This document shows positions 17,396-26,744 of a stretch of 32,000 nt of DNA, one piece after another (within the stretch, counting starts at the first letter, position 1; each line of letters begins with the position of its first letter). The position numbers were made by a program, and so were the translations under genes. The stretch is from Horticoccus luteus (GTDB lineage Bacteria > Verrucomicrobiota > Verrucomicrobiia > Opitutales > Opitutaceae), in NCBI RefSeq assembly GCF_019464535.1, contig NZ_CP080507.1:180001-212000 (forward strand), in the 5' to 3' direction. A model generated the notes under the pieces. It saw only the letters and a list, made by a program, of their open reading frames with translations. It made no database searches and was not told the DNA's origin.

Positions 17396-20300
17396 ATGCG
17401 CGGCGGAGTTTCTTCTGTGCACCCCTCGCTGAGAACGATCCGCCGGTTTTCTGAATTAAGGGGCGGTGCCTTGGCTGCGTTCGGGTTGATTACGCTGTTT
17501 TCGGTTCAGCTTCGGGCACAGACGGCGGTCTATTGGGACACGAACGGCGCGACGGCAGGCTCCAGCGGCGGCACCACGGCGGCGGGCACTTGGGATCAAA
17601 ACACCACCTCGAACTGGACGACGGACCAGACGGGAACTTCTGCGACGGCGACGTGGCAAACGCTGAGTGCGGGCAATGGGCAGGCGACTTTTTCGGCGGG
17701 CGCGAATGCGACCGATCCTTACGTCGTGACGGTGAGCGGTGGCGTCACGGGCGTCGCCGGGCTCACGTTTGAGGAAGGCACGGTCACCATCAGCGGCAGC
17801 ACGCTGACGCTGGGCGCGACGTCAGAATTCAATACCGGCGCGAACAACGCCACCATCACCTCGATTATCGGCGGCTCCGGGTTGGGCGTGGCCAAGACTG
17901 GCACGGGCACCCTGACGCTGGGTGGAGCGAATACGTTTTCCGGCGGGTTGACGATCAAGGCAGGGACGGTCGTCGGCGCAACCAACGCCGGTGCTTTCGG
18001 TGCAGGGGCGATCACGCTGGGTGATTCCGCGGGCAGCGCCGATGCGTCGCTCAGCGGCGGTTTGGCGGGGCCGTTCACGAATGCCATTAACGTCGTCAGC
18101 GGAAGCACGGGCACGCTCAGCATCACCAACACCATCAGCACCACTTTCAGCGGCGCGATCACGCTCGCCAACAACCTCACGCTCGCGCCCATCACCACCC
18201 GGTCGCTGACGTTGAGCGGAGGCGTTACCGGGACGGGCAATCTCATCGTGAACAGTTCCGGCTCCTCCGCCGCCGTCACCTTCTCCACCAACACCGTCAA
18301 CAACGCCGGCACGATTACCAATCAGGGCACCAACACCGGCACGACGACCATCAGTGGCGGCGTCGGCTCAAACGTCACGACGATCACGGAGAACAGCACG
18401 ACGTCAGCCCTCACGATCAGCGCAAACGCACTAAATGTGAACAGTGGCGGCACGACGTTGATCAACAGCGCCGGCACGAAGAAGCTCACGGTGTCGGCGG
18501 GCGTGACCGGCACGGGCGATTTGATTCTGCACAACGACAGTGCCACGGCGAGCGGCGTCACCCTTACCACAAATGCGGTGAATAACGTGGGCCGAATCGT
18601 GAATGCCGGCACCGGCAGCGGCACCGCGACCGTTACCGGCGGAGTGGGCTCGAATGTCACCGGCGTCACCGAGAACAGCACCACCTCCGCACTCACCATC
18701 AGCACCGGCGCGGTGACTGTGAACAGCGGCGGCACGACGTTGACCAATCAGAACGCCAGCGGCAGCGCCTTGTTGACCGTGTCGGGCGGCACGACGGGCA
18801 CGGGCGATCTCGTGGTGAAGAACAACAGCGCGATCAACAACGGCATCACCCTCTCGGGCACGAGCGTGAATCACACCGGCACGATTACGAATTCGGGCAC
18901 AGGTTCAGCGGCGGCACTCATCAGTGCGGTGATCGGCACGAACGTCACGGGCGTGGTCCAGGATAGCGCGACTTCGCAGCTCACGCTCAGCGGCGCCAAT
19001 ACGTTTTCGGGCGGCGTCACCATCAAGTCGGGCACGGCCAGCGGGACCGTCGCGGCGGCGTTCGGGACGGGGGCCATCACGCTCGGCAATACCAGCGGCA
19101 GCGCGGATGCGACATTGAACGGTGGCGTCGCTGGCACCGTAACCAATCCGATCAACGTCGCCGCGGGCAGTAGCGGCACGCTCAGCATCAGCAATACCGC
19201 CAGTGTCACTTTCAGCGGCGCGATCACGCTCAATAATCACCTCACCTTCGCGTCCGGGGCGAATCGTTCGCTCACGCTGAGCGGCGGCATCACCGGCACG
19301 GGCAACCTCATCGTCAACGGCGGCGGCACGTCTTCCAGCAACACGTTTTCGGTCAACCCGGTGAACAACGTGGGCACGATCACCAATCAAGGGACCAACA
19401 CGGGCACGACGACGATCAGCGGCGGCGTCGGTTCCAACGTCACGGCGATCACTGAGAACAGCTCCACCTCCGCCGTCACGATCAGCACGAACGCGCTCAA
19501 TGTGAACAGCGGCGGCACGACCTTGACGAACGCCGCCGGCACCAAACTTTTCACTGTCTCGGGCGGCACGGCGGGGACGGGTGATCTCTTCTTGCGGAAC
19601 AACAGCGCAACAAGCAACGGCGTCACGTTGTCCACGACCTCCGTCAACCATTCGGGCGGCATCACCAACTCCGGCAGCGGCAGCGGCAACACGCTCATCA
19701 GCGCGGTGATCGGTACCAACGTCACGGGCGTCGTGCAAAACAGCGCGACTTCGCAGCTCAACCTCAGCGGTGCCAATACGTTCACCGGCGATCTCACGAT
19801 CAAGTCTGGCACGGTCAGCGGTCTCACCAGTGCCTCGGCGTTGGGCGCCGGCAAGGTGACGATCGGCGACAGCGCAGGCAGCGCCGACGCGATGCTGAAC
19901 GGCGGTCTCGCGGGCACGTTTGCCAATCCGATCACTGTCGCCGCGGGGAGCACCGGCACGCTCTCCATCGCGAACACCGCCAATTCAACGTTCAGCGGGC
20001 CGATCACGCTCAATAACCATCTCACGCTCGCTTCGGGTGCGAATCGCGCCCTGACGCTGAGCGGCGGCATCACCGGCGCGGGCAACATCATCGTCAACGG
20101 CGGCGGCACGAGTTCCAGCAACACATTTTCGGTCAACCCGGTGAACAACGTGGGCACGATCACCAATCAAGGGACCAACACGGGCACGACCACGATCAGT
20201 GGCGGCGTCGGTTCCAACGTCACCGCGATCACCGAGAACAGCACCACCTCCGCTCTCACGATCAGCACGAACGCGCTCAATGTGAACAGCGGCGGCACGA

Positions 20301-23300
20301 CCTTGACGAACGCCGCCGGCACCAAACTTTTCACTGTCGCGGGCGGCACGGCGGGCACCGGTGATCTCGTGTTGCACAACGACAGCGCAACGAGCAACGG
20401 GCTCACGCTGTCCGGCACCGCCGTCAATCACAGTGGCGGCATAACCAATTCTGGCACCGGCAGTGGCAACACCCTCATCAGTGCCGCGATCGGCGCCAAC
20501 GTGTCCGGCCTCGTGCAAAATAGTGCCACGTCCGCGCTCACCTTGAGCGGGTCGAGCAGTTCGTTTACCGGCACGATCAGCGTCAATCTCGGCACCTTGC
20601 GCGCCACGACGAGTGCGAACGCGCTCGGGGCGGGCGATCTCACACTGGCTGGCGGCACGCTGGAACTCGCGAACAACAGCGCCCTGAACTTCGGTCGCGA
20701 CACCACGCTCACCGCCAACTCGGTGATCACCTCGGATCGCACCAGCGCCGGCGCTGGCGTCACCCACACGCTGGGAAATTTGTCACTAGGCGCGCAGACG
20801 TTGACGATCTCAGTCGGCAGCAATGTCGCCAGCGGCACCGCGCGAATCGCGTTTGCTGACGTCGCGCTTTCCGCCAGCGGCGCGACCTTCGCGCCTGATG
20901 CGGGCGCCGCCCTGACGTTAAACGATGTCGCCGGCAGCGACACCAGTTTCACCGCTGGCGGCGCGGGTGACGTTGCCATTACCGGTGGCATCGCCACGGG
21001 CGCTGGCACGGTGACGAAAAACGACGCCGGCACGCTCACCTTCAGCGGCAGCAGTGCGAACACCTACACCGGCACGACCACGGTCAACGCCGGCACCCTC
21101 GCGCTGGCGAAGAGCGGCGCGGCCACCGCCATCGCCGGCAATCTTGTGATCGGCGACGGCACCGGCACCGACACCGTGCGACTCGACGCGGCGAACCAAC
21201 TCGCGAGCACCTCGGGCGTGACATTCACCGCCGGCGGCACGCCCACGCTCAACCTCAACGGCTTCGCCCAAACGCTCGGTTCCATCGCCAGCACTAATTC
21301 CAGCGCGGTGATCGCTTTCGGTTCTCCCGGCGGCGCCACCGATTTCACGGTCGGCGACGCCACGAGCACGACCTACGCGGGCACCTTCACCAGCGGCAAC
21401 GCCAACGGCCGCCTCGTCAAGGAAGGCGCGGGCGCGCTCACCCTGAGCGGCGCGAGCCCGGGCTTCACCGGCGCGGTGCTCGTCGACCAAGGCACGCTCA
21501 AAGTGCAAAACGTCAACGCGCTCGGCAGTGGCACCGCGGGCACTACCGTCGCTTCGGGCGCCACACTGCAATTGGACAGCGTGCTGGCTCCGTTCAACGG
21601 CACGCTCACGCTCTCCGGCACCGGGGTCAGCGGTGTCGGCGCGCTTTATGGCACTGGCGGCAACAACCGCTGGGAAAGCAACATCACCCTCGCCGGCGAC
21701 GCCACGATCGGCACCAACGCCACCGGCTACCTCGCCCTCGGCCTGACGACCACGCGCTACAACCGCGCGCTCTCCGACCCCAGCGGCACACCCACCGACC
21801 CGACGACGCTGAGTCTCGGCGCCAACACCCTCACGCTCACCGGCACCACCTCCGCCGCCAACCACATCGCCACCTATATCAACGCGCAAGTCACCGGCAC
21901 CGGCAACCTCGTCATCGCGATGACCAACGCGACCGACACCGTGCGCATGACCAACAACTACAACCCCACCTTCACCGGCACCACGCAGATCAACAACGGC
22001 ATCCTCAGCCTCGCCACCCTCTACAACACCTACCCCGCCGACCCCGCGCACCCGAACTTCTTCGCGATCAACGGCCCCGTCGTCATCGGCGACGGCACCG
22101 GCGCCGCCAACTCCGCGCAACTCACCATCCAGGCCAACACCTCGATCCTTTACGACGAGATGATGAACTACACCACGCCGATCACGCTCAAAAGCGACGG
22201 CCAGTTCAGCCTCCTCGCCGCGCAGACGATCGGCGCCCTCACCTTTAACGGCGGCAATATCGACCTCGGCACCACCGGCAGCCTCTTTCTCAACGACGAC
22301 GTCACCGTCAACGCCTCCGCCGGCCACACCGCCACCATCACCGGCTCCGGCACCAGCGCCTTGAGCCTCACCATCCACCAAGGCCCCGTCCCGGTCCCCA
22401 ACGCCACCCGCACCTTCAACCTCGTCGGCGGCGCCGGCAACACCAGCGACCTCACCATCGGCGCCCTCATCTACAACGGCTCCATCGTGAAGACCGGCGC
22501 GGGCACGATGACCATCACCTCCGATAATCACGCCGGCTACGAAGGCACCACCACCATCAACAACGGCACCCTCGCCATCACCAACAACAGCGCCCTGGGC
22601 CAGTCCGACGGCACCGACACCTCCGCCACCCTCGTCAACGGCAACGGCACCACCAACGGCACCCTGCAGCTCTCCAACAACATCACCGTCACCAACGAAA
22701 AACTCACGCTGAACAACACCGGCTACGGCAATAACGGCGCTCTGCGCAACCTCTCCGGCAACAACACCTGGAACGGCGAAGTCGTCGTCAACGACGCCCG
22801 CACCCAGTCCGACGCCGGTCTGCTCACCCTCAACAACACCGTCACGATCAACACCGCGTTGGAAGTCACCGGTTCGGGCAACACCACGATCAGCGGCCCG
22901 GTCGGCGGCGCCACCGGCACCCTCACCAAGAACGGCACCGGCACCCTCATCGTCTCCGGCACCAACACTTACGGCGGCGCCACCACGATCAACACCGGCG
23001 TCCTCAGCCTGCAAAGCAACGCCGGCCTCGGCGCCGCCACCGGCGGCACCACCGTTTCCGGCAGCGGCGGCGCGCTCGAACTCAGCAACGCCGCACACGG
23101 CAACCTCACCACCAGCGCCGAACCCCTCGCCTTGAACGGCACCGGCATCAGCGGCAACGGCGCCCTGCGCAATGCCGCCGGCAACAACACCTTTGCCGGC
23201 CAAGTCACCCTGCAATCGGCCGCCCTCCTCACCGCCAACACCGGCACCACGCTCACCCTGAGCGGCGGCGTGACCAGCGCCAACCAGGCCGCCACCTTCG

Positions 23301-24145
23301 GCACCACCGCCAACAACGGCAACATCACCATTTCCGGCGTCACCAACCTCGGCACTGGCAGCCTTACCAAAGACGGCTCGGGCACCCTCGCGATCAACGG
23401 CACCGGCACCAACACCACCGGTGCCGCGCACCTCAACGCCGGCACGATCTCGGTGGGCAGCGCGGCCACGCTCAAGACCGGCGCCTTCGACTCGGCCGTC
23501 AGCACGACGCTGATCATCGCCAGCGGCGGCACCGTCGTGTCAAATTACGCGAGTGGCAGCACGACGTTTTCGGGCGCGATCGACGGCACCGGCGGCGGCA
23601 TCTTCCAGAAAGACGGCGCCGGCACGCTCGTCTTCGACCAAAGCTTCAACGCCGGCGTCGGCTCGCAACTGATCCTCAACGGCGGCACCCTGTCACTCGC
23701 CAGTGCCGCTCAAATCACCTTCGGCAAGATCCACATCACCGCCGACACCGTCCTCGATTTTAACGGCACCGACGGCACCGTCCTCTCTTCCACCGACCTG
23801 GTGATCGACGCCGGCGTCCACATCACGGTCAACAACTGGAAAAGCACCGCGAACCAAGTCACGCAAAGCACCGTCTGGTATGCGACCAACACGGTAAACA
23901 CAGCGTCGCTTGGACCGAGCGACCACCTCGGCAACACGCCGCTCAACCAGATCACGTTCACCAATTACAACGGGATGACGACCACGTGGGTATCCGGCAA
24001 CCACGACGGCTGGTTCAACGAAGAAATCCGCCCCACGCCCGAACCCGCGACGTATGGCTTGTGCCTGATGTCCGCCGCCGCCGGCCTCCTGCTCTGGCAA
24101 CGGCAACGCCGCCGTCAGCCCGACGTGGCGCGCCACGTCGCCTGA
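17396..24145 (+). CDS. Giant (~2250 aa) cell-surface protein built from autotransporter-associated beta-strand (PATR-type) repeats, with a C-terminal PEP-CTERM sorting signal
   Basis: The track ORF is 17351..24145 (GTG). ATG 17396 gives 'MRGGVSSVHPSLRTIRRFSELRGGALAAFGLITLFSVQLRAQ', which is signal-like. At least 10 motifs of the type 'GTGTLTLGGANTFSGGLTIKAGTV', 'GTLTFSGSSANTYTGTTTVNAGTLAL' and 'GTLIVSGTNTYGGATTINTGVLSL' are present. Composition is dominated by T/G/N/S/A. The only Cys I saw on reading (not counted) lies in the C-terminal anchor. Confidence 0.9.
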   Translation: MRGGVSSVHPSLRTIRRFSELRGGALAAFGLITLFSVQLRAQTAVYWDTNGATAGSSGGTTAAGTWDQNTTSNWTTDQTGTSATATWQTLSAGNGQATFSAGANATDPYVVTVSGGVTGVAGLTFEEGTVTISGSTLTLGATSEFNTGANNATITSIIGGSGLGVAKTGTGTLTLGGANTFSGGLTIKAGTVVGATNAGAFGAGAITLGDSAGSADASLSGGLAGPFTNAINVVSGSTGTLSITNTISTTFSGAITLANNLTLAPITTRSLTLSGGVTGTGNLIVNSSGSSAAVTFSTNTVNNAGTITNQGTNTGTTTISGGVGSNVTTITENSTTSALTISANALNVNSGGTTLINSAGTKKLTVSAGVTGTGDLILHNDSATASGVTLTTNAVNNVGRIVNAGTGSGTATVTGGVGSNVTGVTENSTTSALTISTGAVTVNSGGTTLTNQNASGSALLTVSGGTTGTGDLVVKNNSAINNGITLSGTSVNHTGTITNSGTGSAAALISAVIGTNVTGVVQDSATSQLTLSGANTFSGGVTIKSGTASGTVAAAFGTGAITLGNTSGSADATLNGGVAGTVTNPINVAAGSSGTLSISNTASVTFSGAITLNNHLTFASGANRSLTLSGGITGTGNLIVNGGGTSSSNTFSVNPVNNVGTITNQGTNTGTTTISGGVGSNVTAITENSSTSAVTISTNALNVNSGGTTLTNAAGTKLFTVSGGTAGTGDLFLRNNSATSNGVTLSTTSVNHSGGITNSGSGSGNTLISAVIGTNVTGVVQNSATSQLNLSGANTFTGDLTIKSGTVSGLTSASALGAGKVTIGDSAGSADAMLNGGLAGTFANPITVAAGSTGTLSIANTANSTFSGPITLNNHLTLASGANRALTLSGGITGAGNIIVNGGGTSSSNTFSVNPVNNVGTITNQGTNTGTTTISGGVGSNVTAITENSTTSALTISTNALNVNSGGTTLTNAAGTKLFTVAGGTAGTGDLVLHNDSATSNGLTLSGTAVNHSGGITNSGTGSGNTLISAAIGANVSGLVQNSATSALTLSGSSSSFTGTISVNLGTLRATTSANALGAGDLTLAGGTLELANNSALNFGRDTTLTANSVITSDRTSAGAGVTHTLGNLSLGAQTLTISVGSNVASGTARIAFADVALSASGATFAPDAGAALTLNDVAGSDTSFTAGGAGDVAITGGIATGAGTVTKNDAGTLTFSGSSANTYTGTTTVNAGTLALAKSGAATAIAGNLVIGDGTGTDTVRLDAANQLASTSGVTFTAGGTPTLNLNGFAQTLGSIASTNSSAVIAFGSPGGATDFTVGDATSTTYAGTFTSGNANGRLVKEGAGALTLSGASPGFTGAVLVDQGTLKVQNVNALGSGTAGTTVASGATLQLDSVLAPFNGTLTLSGTGVSGVGALYGTGGNNRWESNITLAGDATIGTNATGYLALGLTTTRYNRALSDPSGTPTDPTTLSLGANTLTLTGTTSAANHIATYINAQVTGTGNLVIAMTNATDTVRMTNNYNPTFTGTTQINNGILSLATLYNTYPADPAHPNFFAINGPVVIGDGTGAANSAQLTIQANTSILYDEMMNYTTPITLKSDGQFSLLAAQTIGALTFNGGNIDLGTTGSLFLNDDVTVNASAGHTATITGSGTSALSLTIHQGPVPVPNATRTFNLVGGAGNTSDLTIGALIYNGSIVKTGAGTMTITSDNHAGYEGTTTINNGTLAITNNSALGQSDGTDTSATLVNGNGTTNGTLQLSNNITVTNEKLTLNNTGYGNNGALRNLSGNNTWNGEVVVNDARTQSDAGLLTLNNTVTINTALEVTGSGNTTISGPVGGATGTLTKNGTGTLIVSGTNTYGGATTINTGVLSLQSNAGLGAATGGTTVSGSGGALELSNAAHGNLTTSAEPLALNGTGISGNGALRNAAGNNTFAGQVTLQSAALLTANTGTTLTLSGGVTSANQAATFGTTANNGNITISGVTNLGTGSLTKDGSGTLAINGTGTNTTGAAHLNAGTISVGSAATLKTGAFDSAVSTTLIIASGGTVVSNYASGSTTFSGAIDGTGGGIFQKDGAGTLVFDQSFNAGVGSQLILNGGTLSLASAAQITFGKIHITADTVLDFNGTDGTVLSSTDLVIDAGVHITVNNWKSTANQVTQSTVWYATNTVNTASLGPSDHLGNTPLNQITFTNYNGMTTTWVSGNHDGWFNEEIRPTPEPATYGLCLMSAAAGLLLWQRQRRRQPDVARHVA
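17924..20548 (+). repeat. Three in-frame tandem units inside the giant gene (1068, 777 and 780 nt). Units 2 and 3 are near-identical at DNA level
   Basis: Units start at the Gly codon of 'G-A-N-T-F' at 17924, 18992 and 19769; the equivalent position after unit 3 is 20549. Lines 19261-19620 and 20041-20400 align with offset 780 and, by my count, 25 mismatches in 360 nt. Unit 1 carries an extra internal ~95-aa sub-repeat ('GVGSNVT.(I/V)TENSTTSALTIS...NSGGTTL.N...GTGDL'). Confidence 0.85.
24032..24142 (+). other. PEP-CTERM sorting signal (exosortase recognition) at the C-terminus of the giant protein
   Basis: 'PTPEPATYGLCLMSAAAGLLLWQRQRRRQ' contains a PEP motif, a hydrophobic helix and an Arg cluster. 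It is followed by 8 extra residues, PDVARHVA. Confidence 0.8.
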
Positions 24146-24156
24146 CGGAGAGGTTT

Positions 24157-24366
24157 CTAACGCCGATTCTTCCGCCGCCGGCGCGCTTGGATCACAAGCG
24201 GCGGCACGCCGAGCAGGACGATGACCAAGAGGGCGCCGATGGTGCGGCCCGGGCCCGACGGGGCCACCACGGCGAGTCCGCCCATCACCGCCGCCAGGAT
24301 CACCGCGTAGATTTTGAACGCACGGATTTCTTTAGGTGTGAAACCGGAAGGCGAGGTCGGAGGCAT
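24157..24366 (-). CDS. Small two-TM membrane protein, probably co-transcribed with the DsbD-like gene
   Basis: The ATG at 24366 lies 13 nt after the upstream stop (24380-24382). It encodes 'MPPTSPSGFTPKEIRAFKIYAVILAAVMGGLAVVAPSGPGRTIGALLVIVLLGVPPLVIQARRRRKNRR'. Third positions are G/C-rich. No family was recognised. Confidence 0.5.
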   Translation of the reverse strand: MPPTSPSGFTPKEIRAFKIYAVILAAVMGGLAVVAPSGPGRTIGALLVIVLLGVPPLVIQARRRRKNRR

Positions 24367-24379
24367 GTGGATCAAGGCG

Positions 24380-26524
24380 TCAGTTTTGCCGCACGGCGTC
24401 GAGGACGGTCGAGGGCGTGAGGAGTTCGGGGAGGATCACGGGCTCGGTGCGGCCGGGGAGCCAGACGACGTTGAAGGGCACGGCGCTGCGGTGGTATTTC
24501 GCGAGCTCGGCGGTGATGCGCGGGTCTTGGTTCGTCCAGTCGCCGCGCAGCGTAGCGATGTTTTTCGCGGCGAAGGTCTGCAGCACCTCGTCGTTGTGAA
24601 ACACGATGCGCTTGTTCGTCTGGCACGTCGCACACCAACGCGCGGTGAAGTCGACGTAGATGATGCGGTTTTCGGCGCGCAGTTTTGCGACGGCCTCCGG
24701 ACTCCACGGTTGCCAGGTGAGGCCGTTTTGCACGACCGTGCCGGCGGGTCCGGCGGCGACGGGGGCGGGCCAGCCGAGCCAGAGGCCGAGCGCGGCGCAC
24801 ACGATCAGGGCGCCGCTGCCGAAGCGCGCGCGGCCGGTGCTCGTGCCCGGCGCGTGCCAGCGGCCGTAGAACCATACGCCCAAGGCGACGAGCACGAGGC
24901 CGAAGAGCACGTTTTGCAGGCCATCGTCGGAGGTTTGGCCGGCGAGCACCCACACGAGATATCCGACCGTGGCATAGAGCGGAAACGCCATGAACTGCTT
25001 GAACGTTTCCATCCACGCGCCGGGCCGCGGGAGGATTTTTATCGCCGACGGGAAAATCGACAGCAGCAGATACGGCGTGGAGAGGCCGAGAGCGATGGCG
25101 GTGAAAATGGCGAAGGAGGCGGCGGTCGAAAGCGCCAGCGCCGCACCCAGCGCGGGAGCGAGAAACGGAGCGCTGCAGGGCGTCGCCACAATCGTGGCGA
25201 GCACGCCGGTGAAAAACGAGCCCGTGAGCCCCGACTTCGTCTGCAGGCCCGAGCCAACGGCGGTGGCACGAAGGCCGAATTCGAAGACGCCGCTCATGTT
25301 GAGCGCGAACACGAGCAGCAGCACCGCGAGACCGAAGACGAAGGCGGGCGATTGCAGTTGGAAGCCCCAGCCGAGTTTGGCGCCGCCCGCGCGCAGGACC
25401 GCGAGCACGCCGGCGAGCGTCCAGAAGGACAGCAGCACGCCCGCGGTGAAGACGAGTCCGTGGGTGATGACGCGGGAGCGGGCATGGCCGGCTTGGTTGA
25501 CGAAACCGAGGATCTTGAGGCCGAGCACGGGAAACACGCAGGGCATGAGGTTAAGAATCAGGCCGCCGAGAAATGCGAGGAGGAGGGTGCCGCCGAGGCT
25601 TCCGGTGGAGGACGGGGACGCGAACGTGGAGGTGCCGGCCTCGGAACCGTGATCGGCGGGAGCGGCGGTGTTGCGAGCGGCGCCGTCGTGAGCGAGTGGC
25701 GTGTCGACGCGGAGGCCGCGCAGCGAGCCGTCGGCGAGCCAACCGGTTTCACTGGTGAGCACACCGTGGAGCTCGGTGGCATTGGCGGGACCGTCGGGCG
25801 AAACGGGCAGCGTGAGCGTGAAAATGTGAGCACCGGACGAGACGACGTTTTGCGGTTGTTCGTAAGCGATGAGGTTGTCGTCGGCGAAGAAGTGCAGGCC
25901 GCGCGGCGTGTGATCTGCGGCGGCGTCCCCTGTGACGTGCAACGTGATCGTGTCGCCGGTGCGTTGGGCGTCGAAGTGCCAGGCCGGGAGCGGGCGCGGA
26001 AGGTCGGCCACGACGCCGCGAATTTTTTCGCCCCACGTGGCATCAGGCGCGGGCGCGGCGGCGGTGACGGGCAGCGTGAGGGAGATGTCGCCGCTGCCGG
26101 GGATGCACACATCCGAGCACATGAGCCAGTCGACGGTCGCCTTGAGTTGCACGGTGGTGCCGGGGGCGAGGTCGGCGGGCGCGGTGATCTCGACGGGCAG
26201 CAGCGTGTCGCCATCGTAGCCGTTGCCCGTGACCGTGCCGGTGTGGTCTTTGATGACGATCGGCGCGGGCCACTGGATCGCGCTGGCGTGAAAACCCTCG
26301 GGGAGTTTCCAATCGATCGTGGTGGCGAGGCCGGTGCCGGGGTTGAGCCAATAGGTGTGCCAGTGCGGCTCGTGCACGAGGCGAAGGGCGACGGTGAACG
26401 TATGTCCGGGCTGGATGCCCGTGTCAGCGGCGACGAGTGAAGCCTGCACGTGCGATTCGGCGCGCGTGGCGAGGGCGGTGGTCAGGCCGCAGAGTAAAAT
26501 CACGAGTGAACGGAGCAACCTCAT
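24380..26524 (-). CDS. dsbD: Thiol:disulfide interchange protein DsbD family (ScsB-like architecture)
   Basis: The track ORF is 24380..26740. The start was chosen at 'MRLLRSLVILLCGLTTALATRA' (CAT at 26522-26524). The N-terminal periplasmic domain has 'VDWLMCSDVCIPG'. The membrane core carries the conserved Cys motifs 'LNLMPCVFPVLGLK' and 'VATPCSAPFLAPALG'. The C-terminal thioredoxin domain has 'ARWCATCQ'. Confidence 0.9.
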   Translation of the reverse strand: MRLLRSLVILLCGLTTALATRAESHVQASLVAADTGIQPGHTFTVALRLVHEPHWHTYWLNPGTGLATTIDWKLPEGFHASAIQWPAPIVIKDHTGTVTGNGYDGDTLLPVEITAPADLAPGTTVQLKATVDWLMCSDVCIPGSGDISLTLPVTAAAPAPDATWGEKIRGVVADLPRPLPAWHFDAQRTGDTITLHVTGDAAADHTPRGLHFFADDNLIAYEQPQNVVSSGAHIFTLTLPVSPDGPANATELHGVLTSETGWLADGSLRGLRVDTPLAHDGAARNTAAPADHGSEAGTSTFASPSSTGSLGGTLLLAFLGGLILNLMPCVFPVLGLKILGFVNQAGHARSRVITHGLVFTAGVLLSFWTLAGVLAVLRAGGAKLGWGFQLQSPAFVFGLAVLLLVFALNMSGVFEFGLRATAVGSGLQTKSGLTGSFFTGVLATIVATPCSAPFLAPALGAALALSTAASFAIFTAIALGLSTPYLLLSIFPSAIKILPRPGAWMETFKQFMAFPLYATVGYLVWVLAGQTSDDGLQNVLFGLVLVALGVWFYGRWHAPGTSTGRARFGSGALIVCAALGLWLGWPAPVAAGPAGTVVQNGLTWQPWSPEAVAKLRAENRIIYVDFTARWCATCQTNKRIVFHNDEVLQTFAAKNIATLRGDWTNQDPRITAELAKYHRSAVPFNVVWLPGRTEPVILPELLTPSTVLDAVRQN

Positions 26525-26654
26525 GGGAGCAGAGCATGACAGGCGGAGGGTAAGAGGCAAAGCCCGACACAGAAATTCCCGGGAAGGAGCGGGAGGGTCG
26601 CTGCGCCCGGATGGGACGGAATTCAGAGGGGCACGGGTTTCGCGGTCGGCGATC

Positions 26655-26674
26655 GCCGGGTGAGGGCACCCGGC
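26655..26674. repeat. Intergenic hairpin GCCGGGTG-AGGG-CACCCGGC (copy 1 of a shared motif). It overlaps a second hairpin, CGGCCGA-N7-TCGGCCG, at 26671-26691
   Basis: Inverted repeats read directly. The same core, GGGTGAGGGCACCC, recurs at 28777-28794. Confidence 0.5.
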
Positions 26675-26693
26675 CGACAAGCAATCGGCCGAG

Positions 26694-26713
26694 AAAAAAC
26701 TTCGGACGCGAAG
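26694..26713 (-). terminator. Weak candidate rho-independent terminator for the Mpv17-like gene
   Basis: On the minus strand, CTTCG-CGTC-CGAAG (a 5-bp stem) is followed by TTTTTT. It lies about 30 nt after the stop at 26745. Confidence 0.35.
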
Positions 26714-26744
26714 GGCGACGCGCGATGCGGGCCCGCGCAATCGT

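Noticed and set aside
17924-20548. CRISPR array or DGR template/variable repeat pair
   Set aside because: The repeats are 0.8-1.1 kb, contiguous and in-frame coding units without spacers, so they are not a CRISPR array. Mismatches between units 2 and 3 involve all base types rather than adenine-specific changes, and no reverse transcriptase is nearby, so they are not a DGR.
20918-23431. 837-aa - strand ORF, and many 60-280 aa - strand ORFs, inside the giant gene
   Set aside because: Their G/A/V/E/D/R-rich products mirror the T/G/N/S/A-rich repeat protein on the + strand. The + frame has a signal peptide, PATR motifs and a PEP-CTERM end.
24314-26440. 708-aa + strand ORF opposite the DsbD-like gene
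   Set aside because: It is antisense to an ORF carrying all three DsbD Cys motifs. The product is charged low complexity.
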